Of a stretch of 64,000 nucleotides of DNA, positions 1 through 9,100 are shown in pieces. Every line of letters starts with the position of its first letter. The first letter of the stretch is position 1. The DNA comes from Bacteroidota bacterium (GTDB lineage: Bacteria; Bacteroidota; Bacteroidia; Bacteroidales; GCA-2748055). The position numbers and the translations under genes were made by a program. The notes beneath the pieces are model-generated. The model saw nothing but the letters and a program-made list of their open reading frames with translations, searched no databases and was not told the origin of the DNA. The stretch is from assembly GCA_049325415.1 (NCBI GenBank), contig JBMOLL010000053.1, forward strand, positions 3,684 to 67,683, in the 5' to 3' direction.

Positions 1-182
1 CCACTGCCGAGCTGAACACCGCATGGCAGGCCGCTTCTCAGGACCTGTACAACTCCGGACAGCAGGGTGGCCAGCAACAGCAGCAGGAGCAGTCTGCCGG
101 AAGCCAGGGCTCTGCCGGAAACGGCAAAGCAGGCGGTAACGATCAGGAAGTGACCGACGTTGATTTTGAGGAAGTGAAATAA
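1..182 (+). CDS. dnaK: molecular chaperone DnaK, C-terminal end (5' part outside window)
   Basis: Frame 3 reads TAELNTAWQAASQDLYNSGQQGGQQQQQEQSAGSQGSAGNGKAGGNDQEVTDVDFEEVK*. A Gly/Gln-rich linker followed by an acidic ...DFEEVK terminus is typical of bacterial Hsp70. Stop TAA at 180-182. Confidence 0.75.
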   Translation, partial: TAELNTAWQAASQDLYNSGQQGGQQQQQEQSAGSQGSAGNGKAGGNDQEVTDVDFEEVK

Positions 183-252
183 CTTATTCCGGCGAAAAAA
201 AAGCGTCGTACACCATAACTCAAACCCGATCATCCGGGAAACCCTTACTACG

Positions 253-303
253 CTCACCCCCGTGTTCCTTTCCGGACGGAAATGGACCGGGGGTGAGTCT
301 TTT
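253..303 (+). terminator. putative intrinsic terminator after dnaK
   Basis: CTCACCCCCG (253-262) pairs with CGGGGGTGAG (288-297) and is followed by TCTTTT. The 25-nt loop is rather long. Confidence 0.5.
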
Positions 304-457
304 ATGGTGCCTTGAGTTCCTGCAAAGAGACCCGGAAAGGGTAAATCTGCAGACCGGTTGTGGAGGATGCGGGATTAGGGGGGCATCCGTTCATCTCCTC
401 ATTCCACTTTTTATTACCTTTGGTTCGATTATTGTAACCGGAAGCAAAACACGGGAA

Positions 458-1249
458 ATGAAGACAATGAATTTTATCAGGTCTACGGTCATATGTGCTG
501 CAGCACTGAGCATGCTCTGGATCCCTGACGGGGCGCAGGCCCAGAACCTCACCGACAAGCAGGGACGGAAAACCGGCCACTGGCTTGTTACCTGGCCTAA
601 CGGAAACAAACAATATGAGGCTGAGTTTGCAGAAGGGAATCCTGTGGGGCTGATGAAGCGTTACGACCAGGAGGGCAGGCTGACGGCGGAGATGCTTTTT
701 GCAGAGAAAGGGAGACGCTGCGATGCCATCCTCTATTATCCCGAAGGGAAGAAAGCGGCCGAAGGGATCTTCATCAACAAAGACAAAGACTCGGTGTGGA
801 ATTACTATGCCGAAGACGACGGGGCGATCCGGATCAGGGAGAGCTGGAAAAAGGGAGTGATGGACGGCACGGTTATCAGCTATTATCCCAACGGGCAGAT
901 TTCCGAAATCACCGAATGGATCAGCGGGGTGAAAGAAGGTAAGTGGGAGCAGTTCTTTGACAACGGGGAGAAGAAACTCTCCGGAACCTATGTGGCCGGA
1001 CTGCGGAACGGACCTTACACGGCTTACTTTCCCGATGGCAAGATTGAACTGGAAGGCCAGTACCTCAACGACCTTTTCCATGCAAGCTGGAAGTATTATG
1101 ATGAGAACGGCGAAGTGATCCTTACCCTTGAATACGACCGGGGAAAAATCCTCAACAAAGACGAACTGGTCGGGAAAGACGAGGAACTGCTTAAAAAGAT
1201 AGAAGACAATACCGGCAATATACCCGATCCTGCACTGGGCGAATTCTGA
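458..1249 (+). CDS. secreted MORN-variant (YwqK-like) repeat protein
   Basis: ORF 293..1249 trimmed to ATG 458, giving the signal peptide MKTMNFIRSTVICAAALSMLWIPDGAQAQ. The body is tandem G-x-W/Y...NG...E...G repeats, e.g. GHWLVTWPNGNKQYEAEF and GPYTAYFPDGKIELEGQY. Confidence 0.7.
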   Translation: MKTMNFIRSTVICAAALSMLWIPDGAQAQNLTDKQGRKTGHWLVTWPNGNKQYEAEFAEGNPVGLMKRYDQEGRLTAEMLFAEKGRRCDAILYYPEGKKAAEGIFINKDKDSVWNYYAEDDGAIRIRESWKKGVMDGTVISYYPNGQISEITEWISGVKEGKWEQFFDNGEKKLSGTYVAGLRNGPYTAYFPDGKIELEGQYLNDLFHASWKYYDENGEVILTLEYDRGKILNKDELVGKDEELLKKIEDNTGNIPDPALGEF

Positions 1250-1288
1250 TTGCCCGCTGAACGGATCAGTACCTTTCAAGGCCAAACG

Positions 1289-2911
1289 ATGAAAAAACTG
1301 TTGATCCTGATCCCGATCCTGACCTGCCAGTTGCTGTATTCCCAGAAACTGGCGCCGCAGACCTACTGGTTTTACCTGAAAGATAAGCCACAGGGCAGCT
1401 ATTCCACCTCAAATCCAGCCGACTACCTGTCGCAGCGGTCCATCGACCGGCGGGCCTGGCAGGGTCTGCCTGTCGACCAGCGCGACCTCCCGGTGTGGAG
1501 TGCTTACCTCGACAGCCTGCGCTCCAAAGGGATCGTAATCCGGTCCGTATCACGCTGGCTCAACGGTGTGGCGGTTGTCCTTCCCGCGCCGCTCACCCCG
1601 GAGGAAGTCAGCACCTATTCCTTTATCTCCGCCCTTCCCTGGGAGCCCGATCCCTACGACCTGTATTATCCCCCGAAACCTTCCGGAGAACGATTCTCAT
1701 CTACCTTACCCGCCCGGGAACCGGATTACGGCATGTCGGCAGCCCAGGTGAAGCAGATCGCGCTTGAGCGCCTGCACGAAGCAGGCTATACTGGCAGCGG
1801 GGTATGGATCTCGGTGATGGATGCAGGTTTCGACCGGGCAGACATCCTGCCGGCCTTTGATTCGCTGTTCGCAACGGACAGGATCCTGAAAACTAGGGAT
1901 TTTGTTAACCCGGGAGGCGGTGTTTACGGTTATCATTACCACGGGATGAGCGTCCTCTCCATCATCGGGGGCTACATCCCCGGGGAACTGTGCGGCACCG
2001 CACCGGACGCTTCCTTTATTCTTTGCCGGACAGAGGATGGCGACAGCGAGCTGAAGATCGAAGAAAGCAACTGGATCGCCGCCGCCGAATGGGCCGACAG
2101 CCTCGGTGCGGATGTCCTGAATACCTCCCTGGGCTATTCGGTATTCGACGACCCGGAGATGAATTACAGCTACAGCGATCTTGACGGACACAGCACGCTG
2201 ATCTCACAGGCTGCCTCCCTGCTTGCCGGAAGAGGCATGGTGCTGAGCGTCAGCGCCGGGAACGAGGGAGCGAAAGAGTGGTACTATATCTCTGCGCCGG
2301 CTGATGCCGAAAACGTGCTTACCGTAGGTGCGGTCGACAGCCTGGGTGTGATTGCTGCTTTCAGTTCGCGCGGGCCGACCTGGGATCACCGGATCAAGCC
2401 CGATGTGTGTGCCATGGGATACCAGACGGCCATTCAAAGCACCGACAGCACTGTCAGGCGGGGGAACGGCACCTCCTATTCATCGCCCGTTATGGCCGGA
2501 GCCATGGCCTGTCTGTGGCAGGTTTTCCCGGAAATGCCGGCCGAAGATCTGATACGGCTGGTGATCAGCTATGCCGACCGTTCCGCTGACCCCGATATCA
2601 CCTACGGCTTCGGGATCCCCGACCTCAGCAGGCCGCTCACCGTTTCGGTACCGGTGGTTACTGCCGGTAACAGCCTGTTCTTCTATCCCAATCCCTGCCG
2701 CTACAGTTTCACCTATGTCCTTCCGGGCGGAGAGGAACAGGAAGACGACCTGCTCAGCCTGACCGACCTGCAGGGACGGATCGTCATGGAAACAAGAGCC
2801 ACGGCAGGGACACCCGTCAGCCTGCCGGAAAACCTGGCGCCGGGTCTTTACCTCCTCGGGATACATAACGGGAACGGCAGCCATTATGGCAGGATAATCG
2901 TTGAACGATGA
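1289..2911 (+). CDS. S8 family serine peptidase with T9SS-type C-terminal sorting domain
   Basis: ATG 1289 gives the signal peptide MKKLLILIPILTCQLLYSQ. Subtilase triad motifs occur in D-H-S order: VMDAGFD, HGMSVLS, GTSYSSPVMAG. The C-terminal ~80 aa (FFYPNPCRYSF...LYLLGIHNGNGSHYGRIIVER) resemble a Por/T9SS sorting domain. The stop overlaps the xseA start (ATGA). Confidence 0.85.
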   Translation: MKKLLILIPILTCQLLYSQKLAPQTYWFYLKDKPQGSYSTSNPADYLSQRSIDRRAWQGLPVDQRDLPVWSAYLDSLRSKGIVIRSVSRWLNGVAVVLPAPLTPEEVSTYSFISALPWEPDPYDLYYPPKPSGERFSSTLPAREPDYGMSAAQVKQIALERLHEAGYTGSGVWISVMDAGFDRADILPAFDSLFATDRILKTRDFVNPGGGVYGYHYHGMSVLSIIGGYIPGELCGTAPDASFILCRTEDGDSELKIEESNWIAAAEWADSLGADVLNTSLGYSVFDDPEMNYSYSDLDGHSTLISQAASLLAGRGMVLSVSAGNEGAKEWYYISAPADAENVLTVGAVDSLGVIAAFSSRGPTWDHRIKPDVCAMGYQTAIQSTDSTVRRGNGTSYSSPVMAGAMACLWQVFPEMPAEDLIRLVISYADRSADPDITYGFGIPDLSRPLTVSVPVVTAGNSLFFYPNPCRYSFTYVLPGGEEQEDDLLSLTDLQGRIVMETRATAGTPVSLPENLAPGLYLLGIHNGNGSHYGRIIVER

Positions 2912-4305
2912 ACCAGGAACAGCTGACACTGGGCCAACTGAATAAAAGGATCCGCGAGGTGGTCCTTGAAGGTTTCCCGGTATCGGTATGGGTGGTGGCC
3001 GAGATCATGGAACTCAGCACAAACCGCAGCGGCCATTGCTACATGGAACTCGTTGAGAAAGGCGATAACGATGCCCATATCACCGCACGGGCCCGGGCAA
3101 CCATCTGGGCCTTCCAGTACAGGATGCTCCGGCCCTATTTCGAGACCACCACGGGAATTACCCTGGCACCCGGGCTGAAGATCCTTTTCAAATGCACGGT
3201 TGAGTTCCATGAGCAATATGGCCTGAGCCTCAACATTACCGATATCGACCCGAACTACACCATGGGCGACCTCGCCCGGCGGCGGCAGGAGATCATCAGG
3301 CAACTCAAAGCTGAAGGAATTTTCGATATGAACCGGGAGACCGAACTCCCTCCTGTTCCGCAGCGTATTGCTGTAATCTCCTCGGAAAGTGCCGCCGGCT
3401 ACGGCGATTTCATGAACACCCTGCTGAAAAATCCCTACGGCTTTGCCTTTACAACCCGGCTGTTCCCCGCGATAATGCAGGGTATCGGTGCCGAGGCATC
3501 GGTGATCTCAGCCCTTGAACAGATCTTCGACCAGCAGGAACAGTTCGATTGCGTGGCCCTGATCCGCGGTGGCGGTTCACAGGCCGACCTCGATTGCTTT
3601 AACAGCTATGAGATGGCCTGCCATATCGCCCAGTTCCCGCTTCCGGTGCTGACCGGCATCGGCCATGAAAGAGATGAGAGCATTGCCGACCTCGTTGCCC
3701 ATACACGGCTCAAAACACCAACGGCGGTGGCCGAATTCCTGATCGACCAGCTCCTGGAGTCCGACAGCTACCTGAGACAACTGGAGGATCACTTTTCGAT
3801 CCTCGTCAGGCAGATCATCCAGGATAATCAGACCCGGCTGAGGGAACTGTCGAACGAAACACAGCATCGGGCAAAAGGACTGCTCCAGGGAAAGATGATC
3901 GGGCTCGACCACCTGAACGTGCAGGTCAGAAAGGCCATTAAGAACCTGTCGGACAGGCAGGAACAAAAACTGACAGCCCTGCAGAACCGTATGAGCTATG
4001 CCGCACGGAATTCACTGGTCTCGGGCACAAAAACACTGGATCATACTGCATCGAGGCTGAAGAAAGCCCTTTACCATTCGCTGAATAACCGGAAAATGCA
4101 GTTGCAGATGTTTGAAAAACAGGCCGAACTGGTGAATCCGGTCAATACCCTGAAACGAGGCTACACCCTTACCCTGAGGAACGGGAAAATCATCACGGGG
4201 CTGCAGGAGATCAAGGTTGGTGAGGACATCACAACGCTTTTCCGTGACGGGAACGCAACAAGCCGCATTGAAAAAATCGAAAAAAAAGGAAATAAAAATG
4301 GCTAA
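2908..4305 (+). CDS. xseA: exodeoxyribonuclease VII large subunit
   Basis: The N-terminal OB-fold signature (LTLGQLNKRIREVVLEGFPVSVWVVAEIMELSTNRSGHCYMELVEK), the catalytic core (IAVISSESAAGYGDF, LIRGGGSQADL) and the long C-terminal coiled coil are typical XseA. It overlaps xseB. Confidence 0.9.
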   Translation: MNQEQLTLGQLNKRIREVVLEGFPVSVWVVAEIMELSTNRSGHCYMELVEKGDNDAHITARARATIWAFQYRMLRPYFETTTGITLAPGLKILFKCTVEFHEQYGLSLNITDIDPNYTMGDLARRRQEIIRQLKAEGIFDMNRETELPPVPQRIAVISSESAAGYGDFMNTLLKNPYGFAFTTRLFPAIMQGIGAEASVISALEQIFDQQEQFDCVALIRGGGSQADLDCFNSYEMACHIAQFPLPVLTGIGHERDESIADLVAHTRLKTPTAVAEFLIDQLLESDSYLRQLEDHFSILVRQIIQDNQTRLRELSNETQHRAKGLLQGKMIGLDHLNVQVRKAIKNLSDRQEQKLTALQNRMSYAARNSLVSGTKTLDHTASRLKKALYHSLNNRKMQLQMFEKQAELVNPVNTLKRGYTLTLRNGKIITGLQEIKVGEDITTLFRDGNATSRIEKIEKKGNKNG

Positions 4306-4492
4306 ACAGGAAATCACCTACAAACAGGCAGTGGCAGAGATCGAACAGATCCTGTCGCGGATCGAACAGGAAGAACCTGATGTCGACGAACTCACGGCCC
4401 AGGTGAGGCGGGTCACCGAACTGCTGAAGATCTGCCGGGGCAAACTGATGAAGGCCGAAAAGGATATCGCGGGGATCTTTGAAAACGATTAA
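4298..4492 (+). CDS. xseB: exodeoxyribonuclease VII small subunit
   Basis: ATG 4298 gives a 64-aa helical protein: MAKQEITYKQAVAEIEQILSRIEQEEPDVDELTAQVRRVTELLKICRGKLMKAEKDI. It overlaps the xseA stop by 8 nt. Confidence 0.85.
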   Translation: MAKQEITYKQAVAEIEQILSRIEQEEPDVDELTAQVRRVTELLKICRGKLMKAEKDIAGIFEND

Positions 4493-6126
4493 GAGCTCTT
4501 AGCTCCTGACTTTTTCTTCACTTTCTTCAACACCAGGCTGTTCATCGGGTTTGATGAAAAGCCTGATATTTCCGGCGTAATGAAGCGCACCACCATGTCG
4601 TAATACAGGAAAACCACGGGAGCCTCATCCACGAGGATCCTGTCCATCCGGCTGTAGACCTCAGCTCTTTTTTCATCGTCGGTTATACCGGCAGCCAGTC
4701 TGTAAAGACGGTCATACTCCCCCGAGCTGAAATGAGTGGTATTCGGGCCCTCCGGCGAGAAATTTGCCGTGGTGAACAGGGCCAGGTAGTTTTCGGCATC
4801 CGCGTAATCGGCAATCCATGATCCCCTGAAGAAAACCAGGTTGGAATTGGCGACCATGTTCCGGAAGGAGCCCCCGGTGGCCACAGAGATAGAGATCCGT
4901 ATACCCAGCGAGCCCAGTTCAAACTGAATGTATTCACACAGATCGAGATAGTCGGAAGTAGTGGTGAGTTCCAGTTCCGGCAGGCCTTTCCCGCCAGGGT
5001 AACCGGCTTCTGCCAGCAGGCGGGCGGCACGTCCCGGATCATATCCGTAGCCTTCGCCCGGTGCGAGAGCGCCTTTTAATCCCGGGGGAATAAACCCTCC
5101 CCTTGCCGGTGTGCCAAGGTTATTCCGGAGGTACAGCATCATTCGTTCACGGTCGAAACCCAGGTTGATCGCCTGTCTGACCCGCCTGTCGGCCAGTACC
5201 CGCGACTGTTGTGGCAAATGTACTGTGTCGAGCATAAAACCGAGGTATTCGGTATTCAGGTAGGGCTGAGTCAGCAGAAGAAGCCTGCCCTCGTACTTCG
5301 GGTTGAGCCTGCCGCTGCGTGTGAGCAGTTCATCCTTGTAGGAAGGATGGACGGCATTCAGGAAATCCAGGTTCCCCTTCATAAACTCCAGGAACTCGCT
5401 CTGCTTGTCCTTGATGAAGGTGATCGCCACCGCATCGAGGTAAGGCAGGTGATGGCCCACGCTGTCGGTCTCGAAATACGAGGGATTCCTTACGAGCACC
5501 AGTTTCTCATCCTCCCTCCACATTTTGTACATAAAAGGACCCGTGCCCACAGGCTCGCGGGCAAAAAGGCTTCCCTTTCCTTCGACCACCTCTCTGGGAA
5601 CGATGTAGCAGTAAGGCATGGAAAGCATGGCGAGGAAGGGCGGGAAGGGTTTTTCAAGGCGGATGATGAGGGTCGAATCGTCGGGCACCTCAAAGGGTAG
5701 CTGCCGGCTGATGAGATCAAAGATCCAGATGCCCGGTGAGGCCAGCGCCGGATCGGTGATCCTGCGGAAACTGTATTCCACATCGGCGGCCCTGACCTTC
5801 CTTGTGCCATCGGGAAAAAACGGGGAGGGATGAAAACTGACATCCGTGCGCAGATGAAAGACATACTCCAGCCCGTCACCGGAGATCGCCCACGCTTTCG
5901 CTATGGAAGGCCTTACGTTCAGGCTGTCGTCAAGTTCGACCAGTCCGTTGAAGATCTGGCTCACCGGCCAGATGATCGTCTGGTTGCGGGCAAAAGCCGG
6001 ATCGAGTGTGGTGATCCCCTTGGACTCGTTGTAGCGGAAAACGGTCCTGTCCTCCCCTTCCGACCGGCTGCCGCAGGAAACTGCGCAGGCAGCCAGCACG
6101 AGGAAAACAACAGCCTTCCCGACCAT
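4489..6126 (-). CDS. ABC transporter substrate-binding lipoprotein (family 5, peptide/nickel type)
   Basis: 545 aa with a lipobox (LAACAVSCGS). SBP_bac_5-like blocks are present: GITTLDPA, SPGIWIFD, VRNPSYF, GFDRERM. Its start lies 2 nt after the histidine kinase stop. Confidence 0.75.
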   Translation of the reverse strand: MVGKAVVFLVLAACAVSCGSRSEGEDRTVFRYNESKGITTLDPAFARNQTIIWPVSQIFNGLVELDDSLNVRPSIAKAWAISGDGLEYVFHLRTDVSFHPSPFFPDGTRKVRAADVEYSFRRITDPALASPGIWIFDLISRQLPFEVPDDSTLIIRLEKPFPPFLAMLSMPYCYIVPREVVEGKGSLFAREPVGTGPFMYKMWREDEKLVLVRNPSYFETDSVGHHLPYLDAVAITFIKDKQSEFLEFMKGNLDFLNAVHPSYKDELLTRSGRLNPKYEGRLLLLTQPYLNTEYLGFMLDTVHLPQQSRVLADRRVRQAINLGFDRERMMLYLRNNLGTPARGGFIPPGLKGALAPGEGYGYDPGRAARLLAEAGYPGGKGLPELELTTTSDYLDLCEYIQFELGSLGIRISISVATGGSFRNMVANSNLVFFRGSWIADYADAENYLALFTTANFSPEGPNTTHFSSGEYDRLYRLAAGITDDEKRAEVYSRMDRILVDEAPVVFLYYDMVVRFITPEISGFSSNPMNSLVLKKVKKKSGAKSS

Positions 6127-6128
6127 GA

Positions 6129-9100
6129 TTATTTCAGATGGAGTTGCAGTACCTGGAGAAGTTCCGAGACCTTGATCGGCTTGCTGAGATGATTATCACA
6201 GCCGGCATCCCTGCTGAGCTGTCTTTCGCCGGCCATGGCATAGGCTGTCTGCGCAATAACCGGGATATCGGGTTTCTCCTTTTTCATGATGCGCGTACAC
6301 TCATAGCCGTCGATAACAGGCATCTGGATATCCATCAGGACAATGTCGATATCCTTCATCTCATGGAAAAAGTCGATGGCTTCCTGTCCGTCGCGCGCCC
6401 AGACCAGTTCAATATCCTCATATTTAAGCGCTTCCTTGATAAAGTAGAAGTTGGAATAGTCGTCTTCTGCCACCAGGATCTTCTTTCCTGCCAGTCGCGG
6501 ATTCCGTGCCACCCTTTGTTCCTCCTGCTTTATACTGCTCTTTTTCACTTCGTCGAGAGGAAGCAGGATCCAGAACTCCGATCCTTCGCCGGGTGTGGAA
6601 TGAAGCCCGATCCGTCCTCCCAGCAGTTCGATCAGGTTCTTGGAGATGGCCAGCCCGAGCCCTGTGCCGCCATAGAGCCTGGTTTTCGATTCATGTCCCT
6701 GCCTGAAGCGGTCGAAGATGATCTCATGTTTTTCGCGGGCGATCCCGATGCCGGTATCCCTAACATAGATGCGGACCATTCCGTCGACTTTTTCAATCCC
6801 CAGGTCCACATGTCCTTCGTCGGTAAACTTGATGGCGTTGCTCATCAGGTTGATGAGTACCTGTTTCAGGCGGAAGGGATCGGTGCGGAGGATGAGCTGT
6901 TCGGAGGGCCAGTCCCAGTTCAGTCTCAGGCGCAGGTTACTTTTATCAAGGCGGATCAGCGTTTGCGAATTCATCACCCTGAGTTCCTGGAACAGGTCGT
7001 AGATATTGCACTCGGCAAAATGTACCGAGATCTGCCCGGCTTCGATCTTGGAGATATCAATTATATCGTCGATCAGGTGCATCAGGTTGTCGGCCCCGTA
7101 ATTGATCTGGGCAATGTATTCCATCTTGTCCTCCTGGCTCGCATCCGGATCCGAGAGCAGGTCGGCAAAGCCGATAATGGCATTCATCGGGGTGCGGATC
7201 TCGTGCGACATGTTGGAGAGGAAGGCCGTTTTAAGCCGGTCGGCTTCTTCAGCTTTCTCTTTGGCATCGCGCAGACTGCGTTCGGTGTTTTTGCGCTGGT
7301 CGATATTCTTCATAATGAAGAGCATCGATTCGGGATCGCCGTTATTGTCAAAGATGGCACCCGTGGAAATCTCGGCTTCGAAACTGGTGCCGTCACCGCG
7401 CATCATGCGGTACTCAATGTTTTTCAGGTAGCCCTCGGCCCAGGTACGTTCAAAATCGGTGAAGGCTTTCTTGCGGTCATTGGGGAAAAAGAAATTGAAC
7501 AGGTTCTCATTCAGTGCGATATCCCTTTCCACCTTGAAAATCTCGATGAAAGAGGTATTGAAGTCGTTGATCCTTCCGGTGAGGTCGACTACGATCATCG
7601 CATCAGGAGAACTTTCAAAGATCCGTCGCTGTTTTTCCTGGTTTTTGCGGATATTATCCTGGTCGCGTTTGCGTTCGATCGCGAGGGCGATCTGTTCGCT
7701 GGCAAATTCAAGCAGGTGCACATCCTCCTCGCTGAAAACGATGTCTTCCTGGTACGACTGGATCACGAAAACCCCGATGATCCTTTCCTCGATCTTCAGC
7801 GGCACCCCCAGCCAGCTGACACAGGGCGTACCCACCAGTTCGATCTCGCCCATATGCATGAGCTCCTCTTCCCTGGCGGCATCGACCAGCTGAGATTTAC
7901 CGGTTTTGATCACGTAACCGGTGAGGGTTTTTCCGGCGGGGAATTCGGAGAACGAGTCTTTTTCGTCGCGCAGGAATGGCAGACTGAGCGTATTGTTCTC
8001 CTGGTTGTAGAGCGCCAGGAAGCAGTTGGTCGTATCGACGATATTGCCCAGAAAGCCTCTGATCTCTTCATACAGGGCTTCCAGGCTCAGGGTAGTGTTC
8101 ACGGCATTGGACACATCGAAGATCACCTGCTGGATGATCTCCTGCCGTTTCCTGTCGGAGATATCTTCATGCGTCCCAACGAGCCTGTAGGGTTTCCCGT
8201 GCTCATCCTTCTCCACGAGCCGTCCTTTTCCCCGAACCCAGGCATATTCGCCGTTTTTCCTCCTCATCCGGAAATCGATATTGAAGACTCCGTCACCTTC
8301 TTCCAGACTCTGCTTGATCCTTGCCGTCACCTCTTCTCTTTCCTCGGGATGCAACAGATCGCGCCACGTGGCTGTGGTATGGGGAAGTTCGTTATAGCCG
8401 TATCCCAGCATGGAAAAATACACCGGGGAGTAATAAATATCATCGGTCACCAGGTTCCAGTCCCACAGTCCCATGCTGGTTGCCTGCAACGCAAGTTGAA
8501 GCCGGTCCTCGCTTTCCATCAGTGCCCGTTCGGCTTCGGTGCGCAGCGTGATGTCCTCATTGGTACCAAGGATCCCGATCACGGAACCTGCGGCATCATG
8601 AAGGGGTACGATATTGGAGATCAGGCTCAGCTCCCTGTCTGCTCCAAACCGAAGGGTAAAGTGCTGCTGCAGAAGAGGTTCGCCCGATTTCAACACCTCC
8701 ATCTGCTTTTCCCTTAAAACGCTGATCTGATCAGCGTCCCAGTTCAGGTCCTCATCGCTTTTACCGACCAGGTCCTCGGGATTTTTAATACCGGCAATAT
8801 TACAGAAGGTACGGTTTCCTCCGATATAGCACAGATTTATATCCTTCCAGAAAATAGCCTGGGGGATATTATCCATAACCAGGTAGAGCATCCGTTTCGA
8901 TTCATTGATCCGCTCGATGACCTGCCGGTTCTCGGTTACATCCCTGGCAACGGCCACAATGGTTTCCACTTCGCCGCGATCGTTCACCTCCTCGGGGATC
9001 AGTCTCCACTCGTAGACCACCTTCCTGAGTTCCGTATCGATCTCGAATTCACAGGTATTGATGATCCCGGAAGTAAAGACCTTATCCATATTTTCTTCCC

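Noticed and set aside
6138-8717. 859-aa stop-free ORF on the plus strand (with several nested ones), antisense to the hybrid histidine kinase
   Set aside because: It lies entirely inside, and antisense to, a gene with unambiguous HisKA, HATPase, PAS and REC motifs. The translation is low-complexity with no recognisable domain. Long antisense ORFs are expected in GC-rich, codon-biased genes.
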